Shown here: positions 1 to 12,798 of the stretch, one piece after another
How positions within the stretch are numbered: the first letter of the stretch is position 1
How the letters are laid out: every line of letters starts with the position of its first letter
NCBI RefSeq assembly: GCF_006345805.1
Contig: NC_043006.1
Span: forward strand, 45,694,001-45,758,000
Source: Octopus sinensis
Lineage: Eukaryota
Reading direction: 5' to 3'
DNA: 64,000 nt
Position numbers and translations under genes: made by a program
The notes under the pieces: generated by a model
Databases searched by the model: none
Seen by the model: the letters and a program-made list of their open reading frames with translations, nothing else
Told to the model about the DNA's origin: nothing

Positions 1-820
1 GTAAAGTTTACTGTTATAAGTACATTTGCATTTTACTAAGTATTTTGTCTGATCTTCGTCATTCACCAACCATATCTGTCAAGAAAGAAGAATATTGTTT
101 ACAAAATAAAAAAAACAAAAACACAAACTCCAAAAACCCTCCCTTGTTTAGTCATCAGTAAATCTAAATTCAATTGTTATATTTTCTTTTCTCCTTCCCC
201 CTCCGTTTTTTTTTTTTTTTACTTTAATGTCTTTTTTTTTTTTGTTCTTGCTGGAATGATATGAAACTCTATAATGTCTTAGAAAGCAACCTGATCATGT
301 CTACCAACTATAAACTGGAAAGTTAAGCATTTAGTGCATGACCCATAGATTACTTTTGAAATGTGGTGACGGCGGCAGAGGTGGTGGCAGTGATGGTGTT
401 GGGGGGGAGGGTAGCGGTGGTGTTATGATTCTTTGTAAGGTGTTCCACTTCAGCGTTTTGACAGAGCCATTATACTGAGAATCTAGGAGGTATGTTGGAG
501 TTGTTGACAGTGCCAGACTTGGTAATAATAGTGCACAACAGTGTCGACCTGGGGGTTATTCTTGTTGCAAGTAAGTTTATGTAATGTATTTTACAACTGG
601 CTATGGGTTTGTCATAAACTGAAAACATGGTTGGTGTGTGTGTGTGTGTGGGGGTCTGTGTATGTGTGCATGCGTGCACACATGCATACACAGAAGTTCA
701 GAGCCAACTCCTTACCTTCAGTCTTAGCAAGCTACCAGTACCCCTCGGGTAGGGCACTTCCAGGCACACATTAGACTGATTGGCTACAGCTAGTTACACC
801 ATAACAATGACAGATATCAT

Positions 821-1125
821 CATCATCATCATCATCAACGTCCACTTTCCATGCTAGCATGAGTTGGACGATTTGACTGAGGACTGGCGAACCAGATGGC
901 TGCACCAGGCTCCAATCTGATCTGGCAGAGTTTCTATCACTGGTGCCAAGCTGTATCGGCCTTTGCCTTTCCCTTGGATAATACTGGTGGTGTGGAGAGG
1001 GGAGGCTGGTATGCATGGGTGACTGCTGGCCTTCCACAAACAATCTTGCCCAGACTTGTGCCTTGAAGGGTAACTTTCTAGGTGCAATCCCATAGTCACT
1101 CATGACCGAAGGGGGTCTCCTCAGT
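821..1125. mobile_element. Chimeric retroposon remnant: (CAT)n/RTE-type tail element (minus, ~821-936) fused to the 3' body of SINE family D (plus, ~937-1125)
   Basis: catcatcatcaacgtccactttccatgctagcatgagttggacg...ctggcagagtttcta matches 52660-52790. It switches abruptly to tcactggtgccaagctgtatcggcc...catgaccgaaggggg, which matches 27980-28170. Confidence 0.75.
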
Positions 1126-1149
1126 CCTCCTCCTAATAATAATAACATT

Positions 1150-1380
1150 TATTTCTTTATTGCCCACAGGGGGCTAAACATAGAAGGGACAAACAAGGAC
1201 AGACAAATGGATTAAGTCGATTAAATTGACCCCAGTACGCAACTGGTACTTATTTAATTGACCCTGAAAAGGATGAAAGGCAAAGTCAACCTCGGCAGAA
1301 TTTGAACTCAGAATATAGCGGCTGACGAAATACCACTAAGCATTTCGCCTGGCGTGCTAACGTTTCTGCCAGCTCACCAC
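1150..1380 (-). mobile_element. SINE family B (tRNA-like head aaggcggcgagctggcagaaacgttagc), flanked by AAT repeats
   Basis: Reverse-complement match to the well-preserved copy at 38448-38680. Confidence 0.85.
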
Positions 1381-2032
1381 CAATAATAATAATAATAATA
1401 TTAATGTTGATTTCAGTAGCAATTATGAAACCATATAAAGAAGAATTAACAAACTTTAGTTTATAGGAATATAAACACAGGTGAATTCAGAAACCCAGTT
1501 TTCAGCAATATCACAAAGTTAAATAAAAAAGATTGTTCACTGTCTGTGTACTGACAATTCTCACACTGCATTACATACATTGAACCAATGTTTCTCAGTC
1601 TGACAAATACTAGAGTATGAGACATTCTTGCACAGCTGTTTTAGACCTGCCTATTTGGCCTCGCTGATTCAATGCTGACTTATTTGACATCAGCTCTTTT
1701 AATGTTTCTCACATTTTTCTGTTTTTCTTTACTCTCTATGTGTGTGAGTTTCTAGCTATATTTAAATGTATATGTAATCTCTATCTCTCATTCTGCTTGT
1801 GTATATTTCTGCATCTGTGTGTGTGTGTGTGTGTGTTTGTCTCTAGTGCTAAAACATTCTGTTGCCAAAACAAGTTGAATGTCCAGTCAACTGTGCCAAA
1901 TTGTCAGCATCTAAATAGCCATGCTCAATTGTGTCATTCTGTAAATACTAGCCATTCCTATCCGAAATGTAGGTAAACTTCTTTGCTCTCATTCTTTATT
2001 AATGAGAAAACCAAATAAAGTTTGCATCTTTA

Positions 2033-2204
2033 GGCACAGGAGTGGCTGTGTGGTAAGTAGCTTGCTTACCAACCACATGGTTCCGGGTTCAGTTCCACTG
2101 CGTGGCATCTTGGCAAGTGTCTTCTACTATAGCCTCAGGCTGACCAAAGCCTTGTGAGTGGATTTGGTAGACGGAAACTGAAAGAAACTCGTCGTATATA
2201 TGTT

Positions 2205-2248
<44 letters not shown>

Positions 2249-2482
2249 TAAATGTATGTATATTATGTATATATATGTGTGTGTGTGTTTGTCCCCCCAA
2301 CATCGCTTGACAACCGATGCTGCTGTGTCTGCATCCCCGTAACTTAGCGGTTCAGCAAAAGAGACTGATAGAATAAGTACTAGGTTTACAAAGAATAAGT
2401 CCTGGGGTTGATTTGCTCGACTAAAGGCGGTGCTCAAGCATGGCTGCAGTCAAATGACTGAAACAAGTAAAAGAGTAAAGAG
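2033..2482 (+). mobile_element. SINE family A (head ggcgcaggagtggctgtgtggtaag, internal TA/TG microsatellite linker, tail gtaaaagag), full length
   Basis: A-box-like tggctgtgtgg and B-box-like gggttcagttcc. The body recurs more than 20 times in the window. It resembles octopus tRNA-derived SINEs (OK/OR class; exact family name not assigned). Confidence 0.9.
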
Positions 2483-3090
2483 TATCTATATAATTCTTTT
2501 GTTTTTTTCCATGATATTGAAATCCTTTTGTTGTGATGCAAATTCATTGCTATACAGCCATACTTTGTGTTATGCACATAATTCTATGCAACTCAATTCA
2601 CATCACTTCCAGTAACAGAACAAGATAGTAGGGCTGGATTAAGACCCATAGGGACACTAAGCATTTAAAAAGTTTTGGTGTTCCCCATATATATGTAATT
2701 CAAAAGATAAACAACAATAAACCATAAAATTACTTTTTATTTTTTTCTAAATGAAACAAAACTAACAGTAAGATGGAAAATAATATTTTCCACCTTATTA
2801 TATTTGAAAACTTTTCTCCTGCCTCTTTAATTCTGAAGTCTTTTATTAGATCCTCAGAATTAATCTACTTTGTTTTCTTTTTACTTGTTTCATTCATTGG
2901 ACCGTGGCCATGCTGGGGCACAGCCTTGAAGGATTTAGTCAAACAAATTGACCCCAATATTTATTTTTAACTCTGATAATTATTCTATTGGTCTTTTTTT
3001 TTTACCAAACTGCTAAGTTACGGAGATCTAAACAAGCCAACACAACACGTGTTGTCTAACAATAGTCGGGGACAAACGGTGCACGCACGC

Positions 3091-3121
<31 letters not shown>

Positions 3122-4349
3122 TGAGCTTCTTTCAGTTTCCTCTAAAAACCTTTTAAATCCCTTTAGGGTTTACAAGATATTTACATTATATTCTTTGACT
3201 AACAACTACAATCAACAACAAAGCCATCAGCCCAAATTGCCGAATGCAGATCCCCAGACATATAATTAAATGGTTGTTAAATTAAAAACATGCAATTAAT
3301 TCTACATTCAGTGCTATTTAATTTCTTTAAATAAAAATGACCAAGCAACAAATATAAAAAAAAAATAAACCCAAAAAAGAAAAAGAAAAGAAAGAAATGA
3401 CCAGCCAACTTATTTTGTGGTCAGTATTAGATTTAATGAGCAGATCAAAGTTAACGAGCAAATCAAGGTTTATACATTTTGGAAAGTTTTCTTTTTTTTC
3501 CTCTGCTAGTTTGTTTCAATCTGTTGCTTGGTAACCATTATTATATTCACTATCAGTACTATATAACATGTATTTGTTAACTTCACAAGAGAAAAACACA
3601 CTTTAGAACCATGAGCTAAATGAAGGAGATTCTGGGTAGTTGCTTCACCTGCTAGAAATAGCAGTCAGATTTTCCTCAAATTACATCATGATATCTATGC
3701 AGGTTTTCTAAATATCCCCAAAATCTGGATCATCAGGATGGAATCCCTTTGATTAAAGATCTTCTTGATTAAAGTTGTTCTATGATTAAAGAATGATGAT
3801 AATGATTATGACAGCAATTCAGAGCCAGGATGCTAGTATATTTTATAACAAAGTATCTTATCACATGTCTATCTCAATTGCTGTATATATAGTTGTGTGT
3901 ATGTGTATATATATTTCTAATACGGAGCAAATATTTCAGCAGAAAATATTTGCTAAGATACCATTAACTCTGTTATTATCTAGGATAAAATCATTAAGAT
4001 GATAATAACAGAATCAATAATATAGGCGATTGCAGGCCCCAAATTTCTGTAATTATTGTCAGTGTTTTTGTTGGCAATTTATAAAAGAGTTTTGACTGTT
4101 ATTTCTAGCAGGTAGACACGCTCAGTATGTCTTTTGATATATATATATATATATATATATATGTATACATATCATCATCATCATCATCGTTGTACATTTG
4201 CTTTCCATGCTAGTATGGGTTGGGTGATTTGAAATGGAGGTGGCCACTTGAGAGCTGTCCAAACTCTAATTGTCTGTTGTGTCACCAGCATACACGCATG
4301 TGCATATGTACGCACACTCACACCCACACGCACACACACTATGTATATG

Positions 4350-4865
4350 CACAGAAGTGGCTGTGTGGTAAGAAGTTTGTGTCCTGACTGGCTGCATGGT
4401 TTCAGGTTCAGTCACACTGCGTGGCACCTTGGGCAAGTGGCTTCTGCTCTAACCCTTGTACTTGTGGCAGCATTCATCTAGGTAGGTTGAACACACACAC
4501 ACACACACACACACACATGTTTGCGTGTGTGTGACTTTGTGTTTGCTCTTTACCACTTGTCCACTGGTGTTGGTTTGATTACATTCCTATTACTTAATGG
4601 TTTGGCAAAAGAGATTGATAGAGTAAGTACCAAGCTTAAAAATAAATTCTGGGGTCAATTTGTTCGACTAAACCCTTCGGGGTGGTGCTCCAGCATGGCC
4701 ACAGTCAAATCACTGCAACAAGTAAACAAAGTAAATTTTTAGGGAGGAAGCCAGTCAATTAGATCGACCCCAGTATGCAGCTGGTACTTAATTTATCGAC
4801 CCCTGATAGGATCAAAGGCAAAATCAACCTTGATGGAATTTGAACTCAGAACGTGAAGACAGATG
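4350..4865. mobile_element. SINE A (plus, ~4350-4745) abutting a SINE B fragment (minus, ~4745-4865)
   Basis: Matches to the family A and B copies elsewhere in the window. Confidence 0.75.
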
Positions 4866-5464
4866 AAAAATAAAAGATATACTGTAGTCCTAGATCCCCT
4901 GTCTGAAAATCAGACTGGATGATCATAACTGGATCACCTTTGACTATAGGTCTGATCAATCAGGAATGATCTAGAGTGAAACTACAACAGTTTCAGCTAA
5001 GATGCCTACAATTCTGTGGTACCATTACCTAGCTTTGTGTTTGGTGGAATGTACACCACCAGTACTCAAATAAACGATTTGAAACATTATAATTTGACAA
5101 GTATTCTTAATCCATGAACCCTTCTGTTGGTTTCCTTGATATCCTCAACTAATTTTGAAATCAGGAACCAAGCTGTAGCCAGACATATCTCTGTACCCTT
5201 CTAGAAATTATCTCTGAAAGTACAACTTTCTGTCACATGAAATTATTGAAGTTAAATTCTAGTGAATGAGGTTCCTACTCACTCAACCAGAAATTGCAGT
5301 TTCTTACAAAGGACAAAGCAATTATTAGTAGACCCAACAATTTTTGCAAAACATAATGTCAGCAAATAACCTTAATTTAGGGATAGTTTACACATAATAT
5401 CAAAAAAGAGAGGGGAGAAAAAAAGTAAAAATTAACTGTCTAGGTTTTTTCTTTGATAAAATAG

Positions 5465-5760
5465 TTGTTGTTGTTTGTTCCTTCTTGAGCCACGCCTGGC
5501 TCATAGAGCCAGTTTCCTGGTTTCCTTGGCATATAGGTTCCCCACCTGGACGGGATGCCAGTCTGTCGCAGGTGAGCTGCAAGATGCAGGAGGAAAGAGT
5601 GAGAGAAAGTTGTGGCAAAAGAGTCAGCTGAAGTTTGCCATTACCTTCTGCCGGAGCCGTGTGGAGCTTAGGTGTTTCGCTCATAAACACATACATCACC
5701 CGGTTTGAGATTTGAACCCGCGATCCCTCGACTCTAACCACTAGGCCATGTGCCTCCACT
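5465..5760 (-). mobile_element. SINE family C (head gtggaggcgcaatggcc/gtggaggcacatggcc)
   Basis: The reverse complement begins gtggaggcacatggcctagtggttagagtcgagggatcgcgggttcaaatctc (A and B boxes). The body is shared with 44945-45240. Confidence 0.8.
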
Positions 5761-5844
5761 GATAAAAGAGTAGAAAATATATTTTCTTTGTTGCTTGTTT
5801 GTGAGGAAACTCCAGAGGTATCATTGTTATCATCTTTGTTTTAA

Positions 5845-6015
5845 CCCTTTAGCATTTAAACCAGCCATATCTGATCCAAATATTCAACCTTTTTATGTTA
5901 AAACTGGCCAGATTTGGCATCACACACCTACCTACCCTACAATGTCATTCTAAAAATAAACAATCAGATCATTGAAATCTTGGAGCTATGAGATAAAACA
6001 TGATTAATTCAAACC
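5845..6015. mobile_element. TTAA-flanked MITE family 2 (piggyBac-like), truncated copy
   Basis: Starts ttaa|ccctttagcatttaaaccagcc and is homologous to 11496-11708. Confidence 0.65.
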
Positions 6016-6044
6016 AAAGGGATCACCATCATTTATTTGGTTCA

Positions 6045-6420
6045 GGTATTGGTATGGCTGTGTGGTAAGTAGTTTGCTTCATAACCACATGGTTCCAGGT
6101 TCAGTCCCACTGCATGGCACCTTGGGCTAGTGCCTTCTACTACGGCTCTGGATTGACTAAAGCCTTGTGAGTGGACTTGATAGCTGAGAATTAAAAGAAA
6201 CCCATCGTGTTTGTGTATGTGTGTGACCACTGCATGTCAATCATTGTTGGTTTGTTTACATCCTCATTACTTAGTGGTTCAGCAAATGAGATTAATAGAA
6301 TAAGTACCAGTACTTAAAAAGGGGGAAAAAAATCAAAATAAGTGCTGGGGTTGATTCATTCAACTAAAAGGCAGTGCCCCAGCATGGCCACAATCCAATG
6401 ACTTGGAAGAGATCAGAAGA
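6045..6420 (+). mobile_element. SINE A, diverged copy
   Basis: Family A head, body and tail motifs with CpG decay. Confidence 0.8.
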
Positions 6421-6951
6421 GATACTTCCTCCAAAGATTAGTGCCTAATCCTAATTTGGCAATCCCTTATCTGTCCCCTGATTCCTTGTCCTGAATATAT
6501 CTGAACCACTCCCCAGAACCATGAAAGAAAGAATTACATCCTACTCTTGTTATTTGCTGTCAATTTTAGGTCAATATCCAATCTATGAATCAATAACTCA
6601 TTACTTTTTATCTATTTTCATTGAGAAAATTAAATCTTTCAAGCACTAGCAAGCATGAAAGGAAAACACTAAATGGAACAGCAATGATGAAATAATAACA
6701 ACTTTAAAGGATATCGGAAAGACAAACATTTCATTTAGCAAAAGTTCATTCAGTGCTGGCTTGTCTGCATCTGTAGCTGTCTCTTCGTTTGTATGTGTGT
6801 GTGTAAGTGTTAGCCTGTACTTAGTAGATACCTTGTGAAAGATCTCATTTAGCCTTGATGGAAGGTAAAAACATAAGACAGACACCCATGCCATGTCACT
6901 GCAGCTCTGCATGTGATAGCATGATAGAAAGATGAGGTAAATCTTGAGGTC

Positions 6952-7402
6952 TAAGGCGGTGAGCTGGCAGAAACGTTAGCATGCTGGGCAAAATGCTTTG
7001 CGGTATTTCACCTGCCATTACGTTCTGAGTTCAAATTCCGCTAAGGTCAACTTTGCCTTTCATCCTTTTGAGGTCGATAAATTAAGTATCAGTTACACAC
7101 TGGGGTCAATGTAATCGACTTAATCCCTTTGTCTGTCCTTGTTTGACTCCTCTATGTTTAGCCCCTAGTGGGCAATAAAGAAATAAGAAACATTAGCACA
7201 CTGGGCGAAAAGCTTATCAGTATTTCGCCTGCCGTTACGTTCTGAGTTCAAATTCCACTAAGATCGACTTTGCCTTCCATCCTTTTGGGGTCGATAAATT
7301 AAGTACCAGTTACACTCTGGGGTCAATGTAATCGACTTAATCCCTTTGTCTGTCCTTGTTTGTCCCCTCTATGTTTAGCCCCTTGTGAGCAATAAAGAAA
7401 TA
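6952..7402 (+). mobile_element. Head-to-tail SINE B dimer with a 21-bp target-site duplication
   Basis: TSD agaaagatgaggtaaatcttg at 6926-6946 and 7403-7423. Monomer junction ...aaagaaataagaaacattagc... Confidence 0.9.
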
Positions 7403-7769
7403 AGAAAGATGAGGTAAATCTTGTGCCATCAAATACTAAACAAATCAGCCGTCAAACTTAATAGACTGATCATTACTTATTTCTGTTAATTAGCCTAAGC
7501 ACTGGAAAGAGAATTGAGTAACTTGTTCAAGGACACAATATCGTGTATAGTAATTAGAAGACTTAAACAGTAGGCGTAGGAGTGACTGGGTGGTAAGTTG
7601 CATATTGGGGTCGAAATAATCGATTGGCCCCCTTCCCTAAAGATTTCAGGCCTTGTGCCTGGAGTAGAAAAGGTATATATGTTGATCCAACTTTTTTGGC
7701 TGTAAGTTTTGGTTTAAAGAATTTGACTTATATTCTGTAAAATATGGTACATTTATCTATTTGCACTTA

Positions 7770-7931
7770 CTGTATTTTAACGTGTATAAAGAATCTTTTT
7801 TTGTCAAAAATTGGGTTAAAAAATATGGGAGTTTCTTATACACAGATAAGTATAATGATCCCCTACAAAACCTTTTTTCTAAATTTTAAGCCTCCAAAAT
7901 TAGGGGTTTCCTTATGCACATTAAAATATGG
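7770..7931. mobile_element. Tc2/pogo-type MITE with TA target
   Basis: TA|ctgtattttaacgtgtataa ... cttatgcacattaaaatatgg|TA: imperfect ~21-bp TIRs flanked by TA. Confidence 0.65.
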
Positions 7932-8309
7932 TATATCGAAAAAAATGGAGATTGTAATCTACTGAAACCAAATAGAATATTGCATGCTTCTCCCTTGCTA
8001 TTCTCTGGAGCAACACCTTTTTCCAGTTTGTCTGCTGGTACCATGAGAAATGTTTCTATATTGCGAAAGGCAAGATTTTCTGTTAATCCTTCCATTACCT
8101 ACTCCCATCTCTGCACCTATATTATTCACTCGTTTCTCAGTTTATTTTATTAAAGTTAATCTTACCGAAAATGCCGTGGTTGTTTAGTTCCAGGTCAGCT
8201 CTGCTTTAGCAGATTTATGATTGGAAAGGATACCAGCTGTGACGATTTTACTTTTTAAAAAAAAATTGGGTGTCTAGGATTAAGTTATTAAATGTATTTC
8301 TTAAAATAG

Positions 8310-8879
8310 TATTGGGTTGTCCAGAAAGTTTGTGCCGATTTTTAAAGGAAAGAAAAACATCAATAAATACTTGCGATTACATTTTTAATCAACCAAATAT
8401 GAAACATTTTGTTGCACAATGCGTCTCCATCATTCCTTTAACTTGAAAATACCCTCTTCCCAGAATTGAGGTGGTTTCATGGCAAAGAATTCATCAAGGT
8501 ATCTTTTTACGTCATCCAAGGAATTGAAATTTTTACCATTAAGACTATTCTGCAGAGACCTGAATAAGTGGAAATTTGAAGGAGCAATATCTAGTGAATA
8601 TGGAGGGTTGGGTAACACATCCCAGCCAAGCTGCAGCAATGTTTGTCTGGTTCCCAAAGCATCAAGTGCCGAAAATTAACTTTCTTATCTTCCATTTCGA
8701 AGGATTATAGAATTAACACAGGTTATAGGAACATAAGCCTTCTTCCACGAAAAGATAGCTTAAACTCTGCTCTAAATGGAGGTGTAGTCAAATCCTATTT
8801 TATGGACTCAACCATGTTCTAAAATAAGTCGAAAGGTAAGCTACTATAAATCGGCACAAACTTTCTGGACAACTCAATA
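8310..8879 (-). mobile_element. Internally deleted mariner transposon with a transposase C-terminal fragment
   Basis: TIRs tattgggttgtccagaaagtttgtgccgattt / aaatcggcacaaactttctggacaactcaata. Minus-strand ORF 8430-8657 reads LGWDVLPNPPYSLDIAPSNFHLFRSLQN, a degenerate mariner HPPYSPDLAPSDYHLF motif. Confidence 0.92.
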
Positions 8880-9697
8880 GAAAGTGTTTTAGGGAAATAT
8901 AGCAAGTAACAAACAATTTCCTCAGTGATTCATCTTATCAAAATGTCTGCTGACAGCCTAATGTAATTCTTTGTTTTTCCTTTCACCTATTTCAATATTT
9001 TCAGTGGAATATTGAAATAAAAGTCTTGGGAGAAAGCTGTCTGTGTAACACCCAATGTTTACTCTGTTGATTACGTGAAGAAACAATTGTACACCCCTTC
9101 CCATCATACCTCCACCTATCCTACACATTAAACATCATAGGTGCCACTAAATTTTTTTTTTTCATTAATATACATATGTTTGTTTGATTAATTGCTTTAT
9201 TGATTTCTTAAGTTTCCACTTGCTCTGAAACTTACTGAAGTTAGGAAGTCCCAAATTTATTTTATCAATAATTAACTAAGCATAATATTATTTTATTTGT
9301 TTATATATATATATATTTTACCAAGTTATTGTCGCCCTTCAACAACAAGTTATATATTAAGTTCTTGGCTTTATGATAAACAAAACCCAGTTACAACAAC
9401 AACAACAACGTTAATGATGATAATAATTATATATAATAGAAATAAATACATTCACAATCTGCATGTTACATAGCAGTACCATTTCCTTCAGATATCAGGG
9501 GTTGTAACAGAAGAGTCAAAATATATCGAAATACTGATTACATCTCGCAATATGCATACATGTGTGTGTGTGTAATACTGGCATACATTTTGTATGGCTA
9601 ATACATATAGTATGGCCAATGCTTGCGTTAGTGAGATGGTTTATTTATTGAGCAACTGTTTTATACAACTGGATGTTCTTCCTAGTACTAAGAACAC

Positions 9698-10130
9698 TAA
9701 GGTGGCGAGCTGGCAGAAACATTAACACGCCGGGCGAAATGCTTAGCGCTATTTCGTCTGCCGTTACATTCTGAGTTCAAATTCTGCCGAGGTCGACTTT
9801 GCCTTTCATTTTTTCAGGGTCGATAAATTAAATACCAGTTACGCACTGAGGTTGATATAATCGACTTAATGTCCTTGTTTGTTCCTTCTATGTTTAGCCC
9901 CTTGTGGGCAATAAAGAAATAAGAAACATTAGCACACTGGGCGAAATGCTTATTGGTATTTTGCCTGCCGTTACATTCTGAGTTCAAATTCCGCTAAGGT
10001 CGACTTTGCCTTTCATCCTTTTAGGGTCGATAAATTAAGTATCAGTTATGCACTGAGGTCGATATAATCGACTTAATATCCTTGTTTGTCCCCTCTATGT
10101 TTAGCCCCTTGTGGGCAATAAAGAAATAAG
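9698..10130 (+). mobile_element. Second head-to-tail SINE B dimer
   Basis: Same junction gcaataaagaaataagaaacattagcacactgggcgaaa as the 6952-7402 dimer. Confidence 0.88.
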
Positions 10131-10329
10131 AACTACTTCAGATGTGGAGTAAAAGTAGTTCACTTGTATGTGCACATGTATGTTTTGCTCAGTTAGGCAA
10201 ATTAGAAGAAGATGGTCACCTGACTAAAGTGAAGATACTTGCCAACATACTGGAAATACTTCAACTTCTGGACCTCAGATGTATTGCCTCCTCCTGCTGC
10301 CTTTTCTTTTCTACTCTAGGCACATGACC

Positions 10330-10765
10330 CAAAATTTTGGGGAATGGGGGGGGGGGCAATCGATTAGACCAACCCCAGTACACAGCTGGTACTTAATTTA
10401 TCGACCCCTGAAAGGATGAAAGGCAAAGTCAACTGCACACAGTATTTGAACTCAGAACGTAAAGGCAGACGAAATACCGCTAAGCATTTCACTGGTGTGC
10501 TAATGTTTCTGCCAGCTCGCTGCCTTAAAGTAGTAATAATATTCTTTTCTGCTCTAAGCACAAAGCCCAAAATTTTGGGGGAGGGGGCCAGTTGATTAGA
10601 TCGACCCCAATACGCAACTGGAACTTAATTCATCGAAAACCCCTCCCCAAAAGAATGAAAGGCAAAGTTGACCGCGGCAGAATTTGAACTCAGAACATAA
10701 AGACAGACGAAATACCGCTAAGCATTTCACCAGCATGCTAACGTTTCTGCCAGCTCACTGCCTTT
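10330..10765 (-). mobile_element. Two tandem SINE B copies (variant tail ...cctcccccaaaattttgggctttgtgc...)
   Basis: Two reverse-complement B monomers at ~10330-10525 and ~10550-10765. Confidence 0.8.
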
Positions 10766-11115
10766 CTTGCTGCCTTTTCTACAATTACTACAGTGATCTT
10801 TGCTTCACTTTGGCACTCTTGAAAGTCTGTAATTTTAGAAGGGAGTAGTTTGTTGATCATCTTAAGTCCAGTACTTGAGTGGTACTTTATTTTATCAATA
10901 GTTTCATCTTTAGCCTTTGTCATTTCAATTACCATAGAACTACTTGCAAAGTCATGAAGTGAAACTAGCTTTTGCAGTTTGCTAGTATCAACCTCTTGGT
11001 GCAACACTAATGTTGTCCAGCTCCACTCTTGGGTGGTTCCACGGGTCATCATCTAGGTGTGGTCTGTCATAGACTCATGTATACATTATTGGATGGCTGT
11101 TGACTCTCATGAGTT

Positions 11116-11226
11116 CCTCTGCCCTGCAGGGTGTCCAAAATCCTCTGGTCCTGCAGGGTGTCCAAAATCACCCTTCTCACCAAGCAAACTTAGTGGGGTC
11201 CATGGACCACAGGTTAGGAACCACTG
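11116..11226. mobile_element. hAT/Charlie-like MITE end preceded by a 26-27 bp tandem duplication
   Basis: ggggtccatggaccacaggttaggaaccactg resembles a hAT MITE terminus. cctctg(c/gt)cctgcagggtgtccaaaat occurs twice. Confidence 0.5.
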
Positions 11227-11495
11227 CCCTAACCCTATAAGTCATGTGTCTCCACTAAAATATATAATAAGGATACATTAAAAAGGTAGGAAAGAAACAA
11301 TTAATGAGTATGTGGTGCGGGGTGAAAATTAAGTCCCATAAACTGCCCCCACTCATCCATTTTATTTATATTATTAACATGCATAAGGAGCACAATGGTA
11401 GGAGCTGTTCAAATTATTGTGCTTTATCTCTTTTATCTTTTTCCTCTATTTCTCTGTTAAGTCTCCATAAAATACCTTAAGCCAACCACTCTTAA

Positions 11496-11708
11496 CCTTT
11501 CAGCATTTAAACCGCGTAAATCTGGCTCAAATATTCTACATGTTTTACATTAAAATTGGCCATGAATAACCTCACACACCTGCCCTACAATATCATATCT
11601 CAAAATAAAAAAATAAACTACCACACATCATCAAAACCTCAAAGTTATGCGATAATGCATGATTAATTCAAAACAAGAACATTTGATAAGAATCTCAACA
11701 CTAAAGAG
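11496..11708. mobile_element. TTAA-flanked MITE family 2 (piggyBac-like), complete copy
   Basis: TTAA|cctttcagcatttaaacc ... ctaaagag|TTAA. Confidence 0.7.
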
Positions 11709-12127
11709 TTAAGCTTTCTCTTTCCATTCTTACCATGCCACTAATGTTCTTGATTATAAGAGAGTACACCCTTTCTTTCTTTTTCTTTTCCTTTTCCTCT
11801 TTCCTGAGCTCAGAAATTCCTGTAGTTCTCTAACTCATTCTTTATCAAAGTTTGTTTATTACTAGCTGGGGACATTTGATAAATGAAATGTCAAAACTAC
11901 TAAGATATTTATACGGGAACAACAACAGGAATACAATGAACAAAGAGACAGGAAAGATAGAATTGTTGTGAAAGACTTTAGAATTAACAAGGAAAATATT
12001 TTTGTATTCAAATTAGAAAGATTTTTTTTTTTTTTCGTAAATTAAAATTTGTCTCAAACCCAGTCAGTTCAAGATAGAAATAAAGACAACTACACACACA
12101 AACACAGTACCACCACCACCACCAACA

Positions 12128-12166
<39 letters not shown>

Positions 12167-12308
12167 GCACACGCACACACACACACACACACAAAGCAAA
12201 TAATAAAAACACATTTTAAAAAAGTTTAAATTTGTGCAATTCTTAAAATCTCCAATGAAGAATTTAATTTACATTGATATTTTTTTTCTTGTTTATGGAA
12301 TTGCTTCT

Positions 12309-12739
12309 AATATTGGGAATTCTGCTCAATACCACAGATTTGCATGTCAGTTGCTTGACTTTAACCAGTTGAGCATGTCCCTTAGTGGCTGATGATATGT
12401 GCATGTAGTGGGGGAGCTTCATAGCCATGTGTTGAGAGGGATTCTTTGGGGTTTGAATAATTCACCTTTAGAAACAAGGGTGGTTTGTTCAACATCCTTA
12501 AACAATCCTTATTCAGGGACCTTTTGAGTGGGATGGGCTACTAAAAGAAAATTCTAACTGGGCTCTACCTGCAAGGTCATGTGCTGTTTATCTTGATATG
12601 AGATCACCATGTTGCGCACATATGGTTGTGATGCATGTGCCTGGTGTACCCTTATCAGACGGGTAGTCGTGATGGGTGTACTGGGCTTTGTATATTTTAC
12701 CCCAGTGTCACTCTGATGGCATGCACTGCTCTCTCACTC
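12309..12739 (+). mobile_element. 5'-truncated non-coding retroelement 3' region ending in an (AAC/AAT)n tail
   Basis: Closely similar to 43303-43841. Both end atgcactgctctctcactc followed by AAT-type repeats. Confidence 0.8.
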
Positions 12740-12757
12740 AACAACAACAACAACAAC

Positions 12758-12798
<41 letters not shown>

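Noticed and set aside
2628-2840. Harbinger-like terminus agggctggattaagacc
   Set aside because: No matching right TIR or TSD could be verified.
3488-3536. 21-nt microexon candidate (ctctgctag|...|gtaacc)
   Set aside because: Good acceptor but weak donor, with no independent support.
6952-10765. Repeated units that might suggest a CRISPR-like array
   Set aside because: Eukaryotic SINE dimers of ~230 bp with a TSD; no constant short repeat with unique spacers and no cas genes.
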